DNA of 64,000 nt, from contig NC_042998.1 of assembly GCF_006345805.1 (NCBI RefSeq), forward strand, positions 161,696,001 through 161,760,000, in the 5' to 3' direction. The stretch is from Octopus sinensis. Its lineage: Eukaryota. How positions within the stretch are numbered: the first letter of the stretch is position 1; each line of letters opens with the position of its first letter. Shown here piece by piece: positions 39,896 through 53,629 of the stretch. A program made the position numbers and the translations under genes. Below the pieces are notes generated by a model. It saw only the letters and a list, made by a program, of their open reading frames with translations. It was not told the origin of the DNA and made no database searches.

Positions 39896-40470
39896 GCTTC
39901 ACTGGACGTGCAATGTCAGTGTGAATGCATGATAGAGTGTGAGCATCTTGAAAGAAAAGTTGGGCATAAGAGGCATCAGATGTGGTGTACAAGAGAGTTG
40001 ACTGCACTGATATGGTCATGTGGTGTGTATGGATGAGGACAGCTGTGTAAAGAAGTGCCAGTCTCTAACTGTGGAGGGAACCTGTGGAAAAGGTAGACCC
40101 AGGAAGACATGGGATGAGGTGGTGAAGCATGAACGTTGGGCCTCATCGTGGTGAGGTCAAGTGACTGAGACTTTTGGCAATATGCCATGCTTGAGAAGAC
40201 TCATCAAGCCAAGTGAAAATCATTGTTGTAGCTGATGCTAGTGTCATATAACTGGCACCCATGTTGGTGGCATATAAAAGCACCTGTGCAGGTGGCATAT
40301 AAAAAGCACTCATTACAGTGGTTGGCATTAGGAAGGGCATCCAGCTGTACACCATGCCAAATCAGACTGGAACTTGGTGCAGTTCTCCGATTCACCAGTT
40401 CCAGTAAAACCATCTAACCCATGCCAGCATGGAAAGCAGATGATAATGATGATGAGGATGATGATGATGT
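39888..40470 (+). mobile_element. RTE-clade LINE 3' end
   Basis: MLHWTCNVSV...KEKLGIRGIRCGVQES*LH*YGHVVCMDEDSCVKKC...GKGRPRKTWDEVV, then a (GAT)n tail. Confidence 0.9.
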
Positions 40471-42019
40471 ATAAAATTCCTTTTCTTTATATTCCCTGCT
40501 GGTATATTTACCAATCACCAACAGAACAAAAATAGCTTTCCTTGTTATCAAAGAAGGTGCTGTGAAAGTCAAGCAATTAATCAAGCCATCATACATAATT
40601 TAAACTGAGGCACCCAATTTTAGAGTAGTTGGTTGCATATGTTGTATATATTCAACCAATATTGGTGTGGGTTTACATTTCTTCAAAAGAGACTGGTAGA
40701 ATAAGTACCAGGTTTAAATTAAAATAAGTATTGGAGTTTATTTATTTAAGTACATTTATTCAGGTTCTGCCTCAGCATGGCCACAGTCTAATGACTGAAT
40801 CAAGTAAAAAACAAAAAAAAGATATGACAACAGAGACAATTTAAGAAAGATTTGACTGCTATTTCTAGAAGTTCTTGATTATGTTGTATTGTGGAAACTG
40901 AATTTTGTGGTACACAATGAAGTGTTAAATCCTTAATCGTTATTTTTGTCTTACTTCCATTGATATAATCAATTTCTACCTGAACATTTTGACATTTTTC
41001 AAACATTGCTGTGCTCTAGCATCAAAAAGAAAATAATTAAAAATGGGAATATTTGCAATTTATTTATTTATTTATTTATATGCTTTCACACATCACTCTG
41101 ATTTTAAAATAATTCATTTAATTAATAGCTCTCACTGCTAACTATCACAGCCATTTTCTACTAACTAATTTCATAGAGTTTCTTTCTTTTCTTTTATTCT
41201 TAGAAGTGTACCCAGCTATGTTATTGGTTATTCATATTGAATACATGAGATGCTCTCAAATAATTAAGATGTATTAGGTCATCTGGCATTTGTGTTTTCT
41301 AAATTATTACCATTCATTCAGTTGATGTTACCGTCTGGTTTCATGTTATCACTTTAAACTGCCATTTCATTAGGCATCTTTCACAGTTAAGCATCTGTGC
41401 TGTTGAACAGTTTATAAACACTTCTCCATATGTTCATTAAATACAAAAGAAAAAACAAAACAAAAAGAGCCAAAAAAAAAATAAATAATAAAGCTTATGA
41501 TGGGGGATGAACTCACCAGAAGCTTCACACATATTTGCATTTTCACAAAATAGAATATCAATCAATAGAAGTAGAATGTGTGTGGAACAATTTTGGTATT
41601 CTTTTATTATGGCCTTCGTTACATTTTTCTTTGTGTTTTTTATTATTATTTCTGACTAGCCTATTTTATCAGATACTTTATCCAAATAAATTATACTAAA
41701 GCACAAAGCCATTTCTTGTTACATGATTTCAGGCAAAAAATAAAAAATGCATTAAAAAGTCATAAAAAAACAAATGAAGTAAACAATAGATGACTACATG
41801 CTATTATAAATATTATTACTATTATTATTTCCATGGCTAAAGGATGGCTAATAGAGCAAAAGCAAAACTCATTACAGTATTTAGTTATGTCAGTCTATAT
41901 TCTGAATTTTAACCTTACTGGGTTCAACTCTTTTATGAAATCATTGTTGTCATTTTTACGTCTGTGTTTTATGTGCTGGCATGGGTTAGATGAGATAACT
42001 AGATTGTGGTGGTGGTGGT

Positions 42020-42370
42020 GGGGAAACTGTGAGTCAATAAAATCAACCCCAGTAATTAACTGGTACTTTATTTTGACAATCCTAAATGATAAAAAATTAG
42101 TTGACCTCAGCAAAATTTGAACTTATAAATCAAAGAACCAGGACAAATGTCACAAAGAATTTTTGTTAGAAGCTCTACTTCTACCAACCCAATGCACTGT
42201 AATAATTTGTAATGTACATACAGGGTCAAAAATATAGAAGGAGGTGTTAGTCAATTAAATCACCTCTAGGAATTGACTGGCCATTTATTTTATCAACCCC
42301 CAGAAGACAAAGTTGACCTCAGTGAGATTTGGACTTCGAACATAAAGATCCAGAGCAAGTATTACAACTG
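42020..42370 (-). mobile_element. Two adjacent degenerate SINE B fragments
   Basis: 'aaccccagtaattaactggtactt..gttgacctcagc' and 'tatcaaccccc..gttgacctcagtgagatttggacttcgaac'. Confidence 0.6.
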
Positions 42371-42515
42371 ACACTTTGGAAATTCTATCAAAACACAAAA
42401 AATAAACATGGAATATAATTCTACACCAAATTTGTTGAAATTAAAAAATAAAATATTTAAGTGGTGTTCTATATAATTGAATGGTTATAAAGTATGAAGT
42501 GATAAAAGTCTAAGG

Positions 42516-43405
42516 CAGTGGTTCGCAACCAGGGTCCACATGACCCTTGGTGGGGTCCATATAAAATTTAGATGTTAAAAATTATGTGCAATAGATCAGT
42601 TATACTTCTACAATACTCAAAATATCTAAATTTTCTATACAATTTTTTTATAGGCACAGAGATGACTGTGGTAAGAAGCTTGGGGCGAGCTGGCAGAAAC
42701 GTTAGCACGCCGGGCGAAATACTTAGCAGTATTCCATCAGTCTTTACATTCTGAGTTCAAGTTCTGCTGAAGTCGACTTTGCCTTTCATTCTTTTGGGGT
42801 CGATAAATTAAGTACCAGTTACATACTGGGGTCGATGTAATTGACTTAATCCCTTTGTTTGTCCTTGTTTGTCCTCTCTATGTGTAGCCCCTTGTGGGTA
42901 ATAAAGAAATAAACAGCTTGCTTCCCAACCACATGGTTCCAGGTTCAGTCCCACAGCATGGCAAACTGGGCCAGTGTCTTCTACTATAGTCTTGAGCCGA
43001 GCCAAAACCTTGTGGATGGATTTGGTAAAAGGAAACTTAAAGAAACCTGTCATATATGTGTGTGTGTATCTTTTTTGTCTGTATTTGTCCCCCCATCACT
43101 GCCCCACAACCAATAGGTGTGCTTACATCCCTATAACTTAGCTGTTCAGCAAAAGAGACTGGTAGTGTAAGTACTAGGCTTAAAAAATAAATCCTGGGGT
43201 CAATTTCTTCAACTAAAACCCCTCAATGCAGTGCCCCAGCATTGCTGCAGTCAAATGACTGAAACAAGTAAAAGGATAAAAGAATAATTCCTAATAATAT
43301 AAAAATATAATGGGACATTTTAAAACTTCAACTGGTTACAAGGGTCCAATAGAGCAAAATGGTAATCAAAGGGGTCTACATGCAAAAAATGGTCAAGAAC
43401 CACTG
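42516..43405. mobile_element. hAT (Charlie-like) MITE hosting nested SINE A and SINE B
   Basis: Terminal inverted repeats CAGTGGTT(C) / (G)AACCACTG. Degenerate 8-bp target-site duplication gtctaagg / ctctaaac (nTCTArnn). Confidence 0.75.
42653..43280 (+). mobile_element. SINE family A with SINE B nested at 42683-42912
   Basis: A head 'gtggtaagaagcttg' resumes as 'agcttgcttcccaacc' after B; agcttg is duplicated. Confidence 0.88.
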
Positions 43406-44664
43406 CTCTAAACTTATTGTTTAATTTTATTTCTAACGGATTCAAACACAATTTGACTACTTGGGATTATGATTGAACTTGTTTCTTCAGTACAAAGAAT
43501 ACGAATTATAGTCTTAACCACAAGGTTACACACAAATTCAGCTCTATCACATTTCAATACTTTTACTTTAGTCATTGAATATAAACAGCATTGATAGTGA
43601 GTGTTTAGTTATCTATAAATTAAGTATGGCTGGGCAGGCAGCTCGATAAATAGAGATTCTTCAACTAGTGACATGCAATCATCACATTAAAGTAAAATTC
43701 TGCATAAGTCCAGCAATGTAGAATTGATGGTTTGTGAGAATTGATACTCTAGTTCATTGTTGAAGCCTGACTTAGCTGACCTGACAGTCTAACTACCTTA
43801 TTGATGACCAGCATCTCTTGTCCAAATTTTCTGGCTCACATCCAACTGGAGCTGACAAAATTGTATTCATGCAACTTTACGGAATTGCTGTTGACATACA
43901 TTAAAGTGTACCACATTGATTTTCTTCAAATCAGATATAATACTGACAATAAAAAGCAAATGTGCATTATAGTAGAGTGCATACATAAACTTATATATGT
44001 ACACACACACACATATAGCAATGTATATATACAAACAAATATATACATACACACACACATGTATGCATGTGTGTGTGTGTGTGTGTGTTTCTCATATTTA
44101 CATATCAGAATATACATGCAAACACAATTTTCCAAACATACGTGGACATAAACCCTGACACATTTGTATATCATCTCTCTTTCTCTCTCTCTATCTCTCT
44201 CTCTTTCTCCTTTCACTGTCTTTGTTTCAAAAAAGGCACACAAATACTTGTAGACCAAATAAACCCCAAACAAAACAAATAAATTTTTCAGACTGAGGAA
44301 GATGAAAATGAGGTGGGGAGGAGGAAAGAAAAAAAAAATGTAATCGCTAATGTCACTTTGCATGAGAATGTAACCAGTCAATAAGCTTTGAGGCAACTGG
44401 ATCTGTGAAAAAACCAGTTTGTTCATACTTTCCTATTTTGTTCTCTCTTCTCCTTCTTTTTTACTTTTAAATTTATTTCCTGTTACGAGTTTTACCAATA
44501 AGGACAAATTTATAGAGCTTGCACAGTGAGTCCTACCATTAAACCGAGCAGGATGTTGTCACAAATTTTTGAACTTCCACCTGATTAGATCCTCTATCAT
44601 TTTGCATGTGTGTATGTATATATGCGGGTGTATGTATATATATATATTTGCATGCTCGTGTTTA

Positions 44665-44695
<31 letters not shown>

Positions 44696-45254
44696 GCATG
44701 CTTGTGTTTATGTGTGCATGTGTATGTGTGCATATTAATCTATATTAGCATATTTGAAAGGTGGTTTTGTTGCAAAGAACAAAATAATATTAAAATGAAT
44801 GTTTTGGCAACAAATGGGATGTGTTGACTAAGCAAAACATAATGATGATGATGATGATGATAATAGTTGTGGCAATTAGGGACCTCAGACGTAATCACCA
44901 CTCCTTGCTATTCAGTGGTTTGCCCCATCCAGTTCTTAATGCTATTGCTCCATCTTCATCTTTGTTACTTACATGTACTCTTTTTCCATTTGCCCATCCC
45001 CTGATGATGTGAATACACAGGATCTCAAACTGCAGCACATACCCATAGCATATCATCTTGAATTTCCTCATTGATAAGAGGCATATCTGATAACTATATT
45101 ATATGTAACTGGACAATTTGAATAGAATTTATGTTTTTGCTAAAGAATACATACTTGATAATAAAATTTAAGGTGGTAGCTCCTTATATAATTCTATGTT
45201 ATACATATAGCTAGATCTATTAGCATGTGTGTAAAGAATAGTATTGCCATATCA

Positions 45255-45480
45255 TAAGAAGCTCTGACCTAACAGTGACAATCCTGCATGACACAATAGA
45301 AGGTGGATGAAATCAAGGAAGGCTGAGAAAAGATGGGCTGGTAGCATTAATGAGTGGACAAGCCTCAATTTTGCCAACTCAAAGAGAGAAGCAGAAGGCC
45401 AAGAAAAAGCAGAAAAATCTGGTTGTGACATCATCAGTGAATGTCCCAATGACCACACAGTTAAGGGCTAGGAATAAAGA
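45255..45480 (+). mobile_element. RTE-like LINE 3' remnant
   Basis: ..ggtagcattaatgagtggacaagcctcaattttgccaactcaaagagagaagcagaaggcc.. (INEWTSLNFANSKREAE), tail 'gaccacacagttaagggcta'. Confidence 0.55.
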
Positions 45481-48400
45481 ACATGAAATGAAGTGACTGA
45501 GATTAACCACAAATGAATTTCCTTGGTTGATGTAGGGCTTGGTTATTAGGTAAAAGGTTTTTGACTGGAGACTGAAAATCCTTTGTGGATAAGTATTTTT
45601 CTGGTCTCACTGCATCTTTTGGTGTAGGTTACAAATATATTCTACATGTTTGGTATTCAACGATATTGATTAAAAGGATATTATAAAAAATTGTTGTGCT
45701 TAACAACTGGTTTTCCAGTGACATTCCATGGAATGTGTAGAGTCTGTGGACCACACAAAGTAGCCACTTTATATGCATGTGTTTGCTGTAAGTGAAAGCA
45801 TGTTACATTTAAAGGAAGTAGCAACCATATAGGGAAGCCGAAATCCATGCTATGCCTTGGTAGATTTCTTTTCATATATCAACTAATTTATCATATCTTA
45901 AGTAAACTTAGATTTTCTGAAGAGTGCTACTTGATTGTCAAATTCAAGCTTTCTACAAAAACATTACTGATGTGTATACTAGTTTCTTAACTTGTCAGAA
46001 ATGAAGGCTCTTTAAAAAGTTAATTTTATGATAAATTTCTCAAATTAATCTCCAGACATTTCTCCAATATAATTTCATAAGTTAGACTTGTTTTGGTTGA
46101 ATTCAATATTCTTCCAACTATGGCTTGAGGTAGGCATTAACATTGGAAAGTTAACATAATAATGGTTATTATTCTTAAACTACAACTTAATCGGGACCAG
46201 TATCATAAATTTCAACCAAAAAGAAAAACTTTACAAAAAAAGGTAACAAAATATCAAGAAAAAAAATTCTAAAATTTCATTAAAGAATTTTTTAAACGAT
46301 TCTATTTAGCAGTTTTTATTAATTGAATTTATTTATATTGCTTCATTAAATGCCAGTGAGTCTTCTAAAGAACATAATGCGTTTAGAACAGTCAGAATAA
46401 AGCAGCATTTAGAATGATCTGCAGGTGGAGCCAGAAGCCAGCTGTTTAATTAGTCATCATATTCATCATGCAATGAAATAAAGCAAGACTTGCTTTTAGG
46501 CCATTCTTTTTTACCTGTGCACTGTTTTCTTTTGTTTATTTTACATTTGATTTGGAATTTATACATAATCAAATTGACTTTCCCAATAAAATAAGAATTT
46601 TAGTTCATATTATTATTGTCAGTTTTTGGTTCCCTAACTGTGTTGTTAGGCTTTTGTAATTTGCTATCTTTCGATAAAGGAAAATAGATTAAAACTATCA
46701 AGTTGTATTGTTTTCATATCTGTCAACAGAATTATAAACCTATTTGCAGAAGGGAGACAATGTATACATACCTGCAAAAGTATACACACACACAAGCATA
46801 CATACACAAATACAGATGTTTATATACATATTCCACTATACAAATCCTTCCTTCTAAATAAACAATTTATTGTTGTTATTGTTCAGATGCCGTAGATTTT
46901 AATATGTAATGATTATATGGAAGTCTAACTCATTACTCTGTGAGTTAAAAATCCAGCCAGGGTCAACTTTGCCTTTAATCATTTTGGGGCTAATAAAATA
47001 AAGTACTAGTAAAACATGTGGGTTTATGTAATCAGCTCACCTCAAAATTGATTGAAGATTCTGAGACAAACAAAGTAGACTCCATAGATTTATGGAAATC
47101 TTGCACCTTGTGAACTATCAAAGATGGAGGTCATTATGAAGTGAGAATCAAACAAGACTGTCAAGATTGTAGCTATTTTGCTGTGCATATAAGTGTTTGT
47201 TTATATTAGATGGAAATGATATTTGGGAGAGACCTTTTGCACTGTAGTTCTGGTTTGTTGTTAATGTCTGAATATTTATGTGAACCAGAGTGAATAATAG
47301 CAATGAGCTGTGCTTTTCTTGTGTTGAGATCAGCCCTAATCATGAATTTCTATGATTAAAGATATTCCAGTGATATTTTTCTTGCCACTTTTCATATCTA
47401 GTACTACATTCTTCAAGGAACCTTTAATCTTTTGAAATGGTTTGGTGTTATTTGAAGGAGATTTGGTTGCTAATTCTAGCATATAGAATCTGACACATTG
47501 AGATCTTTTTATTGATATGTTTACTTATAGTTAAAAAATGTGGAATGCTTTTGCATGTTATTCTTGTGCAATGAGAGCTGCCAATTTTCTTTCAAGATTT
47601 TCCAAGTCGTTTAAATATTAGGAGACCATTAACTGGGGTACAATGACCACAGCTGAGCAAGGATATTAACAAGTTGAACAGTGGACAATGAGGTCCATCC
47701 TATATAGACATGCTGGATATAACTTGTTATATGTGAAGTTGTTCAGGCCCAAGTCAGCCCTATAGTCAAAGATGTTCACTCTGTAACCATTCTGTCTTTC
47801 ATTCAGACAGAGTGTAGTATCAAGGACTATGTTATCCAAAGTGTTCTTCCATTTTTAAGGCAGTAAGGCATGATCTGAGGGTAATTTGGATGGTATATCT
47901 AGCAGTTTGAGCAACCATATAGTGGTTGCCTCATTGGTCCATAACTTGTGAAGCAGTACAGGTAAGCAGCATTAACGCCATTAGCAGGAGTCATTTATCA
48001 TCTCCTCAATCTGTGTTAGTTGTTCTGATTTACATAAATTCCACAGTGTATCACATTCAACTACTGCTTCACTGCTTTTCAGTTGATATCAGTCTGTCAT
48101 CTTTCATGCTGTACCAAATATATGATGATGAGGATTAACATGATAATAATTATGATGCTGATGGACATCATCATCATGATTTACATCAACACATGTTGAT
48201 ACATATGATTATTATCATTACCATTTGGTCATGTTTAACTTTTGTGCGTATATATATGCGATGGACAGATATTTTGTTTGACAAATGTTTTCATAACTGG
48301 ATGTTGTACTAATTGTAGGTTTTGGCTGCATATAGTTATTATACTTGAGAGAGGTCATCACTCACTCACAGAAATTTAATTCATGATGAGGTTTTATTCT

Positions 48401-48548
48401 ATTTTGAAATAAATGCTCTCCTAAATCAGTTGCCATTTTCAGCAGCAGATTTTGTCCTTTTTGTGTGGTTACATATATCAGCCATGTAACAGTACATATG
48501 TTTGTCTTAGACAATTCTTTCCCTCTCTCCAGACATTTTCCTCTTCCT

Positions 48549-48582
48549 CTTTCTGATGAAGAGCCATGTTTGAAACAAACAT
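48549..48582 (+). ncRNA. Hammerhead remnant (family ii), cleavage triplet lost
   Basis: CTTT-CTGATGA-A-GAGC cat GTTT-GAAA-C-AAA. Downstream 'tctgagcatcaagctaata' matches the flank of the 54515 copy. Confidence 0.55.
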
Positions 48583-48730
48583 CACATACCATCTTTCTTC
48601 CATCTTAAAACTTCTCTGAGCATCAAGCTAATACATTCATTGGTTGTGTCCTTGTTACTTTTGTTGTTTTTCTTGTTTTTGTGTTTATTTTTGATTTGAA
48701 TATATATATATATTTGAATATTTATATATA

Positions 48731-49045
48731 TTGGGTTGTCCGGAAAGTTCATGCCGATTTAAAGTAGCTTACCTTTTGACTTATTTTAGAACATGTTTGA
48801 GTCCATAAAATAGGATTTGACTACACCTCCATTTAGAGCACAGTTTAAGCTATCTTTTTGTGGAAGAAGATTTATGTTCCTATAACCTGTGTTAATTCTG
48901 TAACCCTTTAAAATGGAAGATAAGAAAGTTCCTTTTTGGCACTTGATGCTTTGGGAACTAGACAAAAATTGCTGCAGCTTGGCTGGGATGTATTACCCCA
49001 CCCTCCATATTCACCAGATATTGCGCTTTTGGATTTCCACTTACA
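48731..49045 (+). mobile_element. Internally deleted mariner (left TIR plus fused N- and C-terminal transposase remnants)
   Basis: ta|TTGGGTTGTCCGGAAAGT. MEDKKVPFWHLMLWE is joined directly to RQKLLQLGWDVLPHPPYSPDIALLDFHL. No right TIR found. Confidence 0.85.
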
Positions 49046-49269
49046 AAATATACAAGATAATTACTAAAAAAAATGTCAATTCTGAGTTTAGTCTTATGAT
49101 TAACCTTGCCTTTCATCCCTGTTCTGGACCAACAGAATAAGTAAAACTAAGTTATGTTCAGTTCATTACAAAGATATAATAGTATCTCTCCAAGCAGCAT
49201 TAATCAGTTTTAATTTTATAATACATAATTATAGTTATGAGCTGCCCTTTGGCAAAGTGTAGCACCTGT

Positions 49270-49610
49270 TCAGCTACCCTGTCAAGGGTATGGTGAAGTT
49301 GTGGCACTGCAGCATAGCTGATTGTGAAGAGCCAGTGAAAGAGCCTGAGTCAATGGTGCTTCTTACATTGATGCTGGGTAGAAGAATCTTAGAAGATCAA
49401 CAGTCAGGAACACTAAGTTCTATCAAGAGAGTAACTGCAATGCACCCATAAGGGCAGCATCCACAGTTGTGTAATCAGCTAATGAAAGGTCCACTAAGAT
49501 TCAAGTCTGTAGACTCTATCCCCATGACCCTCTTAGCAATAATGGGTGGAGTGGCAACTGAGAGTCATAGGAATCTGTGCAAGTAGCATGATTGAGATGA
49601 TAATAATGAT
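49270..49610 (+). mobile_element. Degenerate RTE-type tail
   Basis: 'aagggcagcatccacagttgtgtaatcagc..gactctatcccatgacc..ggaatctgtgcaagtagcatg..gatgataataatgatg'. Confidence 0.5.
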
Positions 49611-51027
49611 GACATAATTACAAAGAATGATGTCTTGTGTATGTCTCATTTTTCATTACTACATAAATTGACCTGTGTTGGATATTATATTAATGTGGTA
49701 AGGTGGCCTGTTTTGAAATAAGTCTTGAGAAGAATAGGATTATTTATGCTTGTAATTATGTTTACAGACAAATTTGTGGTCAGAATTTAGAAAAATCTAT
49801 CTGAACTTTTCAGAAATTATGTAAGATATGTTGCTGAGTGTATTTGTTTGCTTTGTGTGGTTGTAGTTTATATTTAACCCTTTTATCTGATTTACATCAA
49901 TAAAATGACATTCTCCTATGTACTGAAGCTAATTGTTGTTGCATACTAATGTTTTGGGCTTGTGATAAAGAACACAAATTCAACAAATAATTTTTTCATG
50001 TACATATCAATGCAACTGAATGAGAGAATGCAAGCATAATATTTTTCATATAAAAGTGAATATCTTTTTTCTTCTGAGAAAACAAAAAAATTTACCAACT
50101 TAATTTTATCTTTATTAAGTATAAATTTTATGCAACTCATTTGATTTCAAAACAAACTAATTAGAGAAGACATACTGTTTTTATCTAATGTATGTCTGCT
50201 ATATCTGTTATTCAACTGTAAATGTCAAGAATATGGCTTTGTTCTTCATGCTATTACAAAATCAAGTCCAACTGTTTGTTACTCACTTTTGTATTTTACA
50301 CAGCTATTCATGAAATTCTCTTCTGCCACATCTGCATTTAATGAACTGTTTTAATTATAAAATATCATGATAGATATTCATCTCGACAGTTTAAATTATG
50401 CAGTCTCATTTCTGTGCATGTTTTCTTCTGCTCACAAAACTTTTATTCTTTCCTTTTTCTTTAACTTTTTCCATCTTGCTTTATTTTTAGTGTGCAAAAG
50501 AAAAAAAAAAAAACATCTTACAATTATAAAAAAAATACTAAACCAAAAACAAACCGAAGTTATAATGATAGCAAAAATATATACCTCATGTTTCTGATAA
50601 AATTTTATCTGCAAGTTGGTTTAACTATTGCAGTGATGTATGTTTACTTTATACTAACATACATCCTAGTTTATTGTAATTCCTTCTTATTATATACAAC
50701 TTTAATCTTTTACTTATTATTTGCTTTGTCAAAGTTATTTATTAAGCTTAAATGGATAATTGATATTTAGTTACCTAACAGCTTATGGTACACATTTAAA
50801 CTATGTTTTAATATCAGCTTTCTTAAGCAATATTTCTTTTTATAATCATTATATATATTTTCATTAAATGTTTACCTTTAAAAAAACCACCGGTAATGTT
50901 CGTCTAATATTTAAATAAATACATAGTATTTGCTTCATGCAGAAGCTACATTGCTTAGTAATAGCGTAAGAAATGAAACTGCCATCAGTTTTAAGTTTTT
51001 GTATAGTTAGAAACTGGTACTCATATA

Positions 51028-52284
51028 CGGGATGTACCAGAAAGATTTATCCATTAATATTTCTTAATTATTCAAAATAAAGTTAGGGTAGAATAATGAA
51101 ATTTGGCACACACATTCTAATATAAATTGTCAATCCATTGCAAGAATTACATTTCAAAATGACCACCTTTTGTCTTGATTATAGCCTGCAAATGAGTTGT
51201 CACTGAGTTGTATGAGTGCTGTACCACCTCTTCATCCAACTTGAGCCATGAAGACAGAAGGGTTTTCTTCAGATCTGACACATTTGAACAGGAGTGAGCA
51301 GAACCATTACTCTCTAAGATAGACCAGGTAGCAAAATCCATGAGATTGATGTCTGGACTTGAGGGAGGCCATATCATCTTGTCCCAAACTCCACTGAAAT
51401 GTCTTTGCACCACTTCTGTGTCAAATTGGATATGTGGGCCAGAGCCCAGTTTTGAGTGAAAATGTAATGATCACCAAAGGTTTCTATGACCCCAGGTGAC
51501 ACTTTCTCATCCAACATTTCCACATAAACTTCACTGTTGACCTTGATGCCAGCATTGATGAAGATCAAGGGAAACTTGGGTCCATCAGATGCAACTGCAG
51601 TCCACATCATGAGTGAGCTGGCTTCTGAGGGCATAAATGACTCCTGCATTACGTGCATTAAGCCTGTCATTCTGCCTGTTGGTAACTGTCTCCATGGTGA
51701 AGATCTTCTTCTCAGACCAGATCAACACTTTGCTAGAGGTGCACTTCATCTTAACTAACATGGTTTTACTCCTGTCCTGCTGTTTTTTATTGGAAGCTGC
51801 TGAAATTAACTGTTGAGATTGTTTCTTGTATGCAGTTAGCTTTAAATCCTCTTTAAAAATCCTATTCCTTGACAATTTTGAAATATCAAGTGCTTTTGCA
51901 GTTTGTCTTGCACTCCGGTAGGGATTTTGGTTCACTTGCTTCTTCACAGCTTCAATAGTTTATTTGGTACGAATTGATGGTTTCCTACCAAGAAATAGTG
52001 GCAGACTCCATATATCGTTTCCAGTTGTTGAACACTGTTTTACGCACATTCAATTGTTTTGATATGTCCTTGTCGCTCACTCCAACTGTTTTCAAAGTGA
52101 TAATCTGGTCATGTTTTACTTTTGATGCTATGTTTGTCTATAAACCTGTTATAGACAAATGAAACAATAGACACATGAACAAAAGATATATGCAAACCTT
52201 TATGTAAAATGTAGATAATATAACCTGAAACGATATTCTTTAGGAAGTATTTTAAACATGGATAAATCTTTCTGGGAGACCCTG
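51028..52284 (-). mobile_element. maT (DD37D) transposon, full length, short TIRs, TA target-site duplication
   Basis: Left ta|CGGGATGTACCAGAAAGATTTATCCAT matches the reverse complement of the right end, ta|CAGGGTCTCCCAGAAAGATTTATCCAT. Confidence 0.9.
51147..52131 (-). pseudogene. maT DD37D transposase pseudogene
   Basis: (M)ASKVKHDQIITLKTVGVSDKDISKQLN...NPYRSARQTAKALDISK...LIWSEKKIFT...MMWTAVASDG...YIFTQ(N)WALAH...WPPSSPDINLMDF...KGGHFEM*. 37 residues between the second (mutated) and third catalytic D. Confidence 0.88.
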
Positions 52285-52304
52285 TAATGGATGTTTTAGT
52301 TATT

Positions 52305-52557
52305 CTTTTATTTGTTTCAGTTATTTGACTGCGGCCATGCTGGAGCACTGCCTTGAAGGGTTTTAGTTAAACAAGTTGACTACAGGACTTATTTTTTTAA
52401 AGCCTAGTACTTATTCTATTGGTCTCTTTTGCTGAAATACTAAGTTATTGGGATGTAAATACACCAATACCTGTTGTCAAGTGGTGATGGGGGACAAACA
52501 CAACGACACACACACACACATAGATATATAAATACATACATATATATATATATATTT

Positions 52558-52623
<66 letters not shown>

Positions 52624-52676
52624 GATATATACATACATACATACATACATATATATATATATTTATACATACATAA

Positions 52677-52732
<56 letters not shown>

Positions 52733-52733
52733 G

Positions 52734-52769
<36 letters not shown>

Positions 52770-53165
52770 AGACTTCTTTCAGTTTCTTATTTCTTTATTG
52801 CCCACAAGGGGCTAAACATAGAGGGGACAAACAAGGACAGACAAAGGGATTAAGTCGATTACATCGACCCCAGTACATAACTGGTACTTAATTTATCGAC
52901 ATCAAAATTGATGAAAGGCAAAGTCGACCAGGCGGAATTTGACCTCAGAATGTAACGGCCAACAAAATACCGCTAAGCATTTTGCCCAGCGTGCTAATGT
53001 TTCTGCCAGCTCGCCACTTTCTTTCAGTGTCTGTCTACCAAATCCACTCACAAGGCTTAGGTTGGCCTGAGGCCATGTTAGAAGACACTTGCTCAAGGTG
53101 CTATGCAATGGGACTGAACCTGGAACCATGTGGCTGGAAAGCAAGCTTGTTACCACACGGCCACA
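52305..53165 (-). mobile_element. SINE family A with SINE B nested at 52789-53017
   Basis: Target-site duplication ttctttcagt(t/g)tct at ~52774 and ~53019. Confidence 0.88.
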
Positions 53166-53380
53166 GTAGAATGATTAAATATCAATAATGTAATGAATTG
53201 ATTAGATATGTGAACTACATAAAAATTGATTTTACTTCACTGTTTTGGTTCTTTCCAGAAACACAATTTGATTTTAGGTTCTACTGAAAAACAATATAAA
53301 ATATTATGTGTGAGTGTGTGTGTGTTGTGCTCACACAGTTGTTTACAGTTGTCCAGTTATCCCAATAAAGAAAACTAAAG

Positions 53381-53439
<59 letters not shown>

Positions 53440-53629
53440 TATATATACATGTGTGTGTGTGTGTGATAGCTAATAAAATACTTACGTAAGTGTGATGTTG
53501 ATAGTCACCAAGTATTGCAGAAATCTGAATTGTAAACTCAAGCTTGGTAATGCAGAGGTAGAAAGGCAGCTTTAGGAACAATTGTCATGAAATGGTTATA
53601 GAAGTTGAAAGACAGACAAACAGTAGCAG

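Noticed and set aside
41143-41157. 15-nt match to miR-2/miR-13 family mature sequence (TATCACAGCCATTTT)
   Set aside because: No complementary 5' arm upstream, so no pre-miRNA hairpin, and the match stops at 15 nt.
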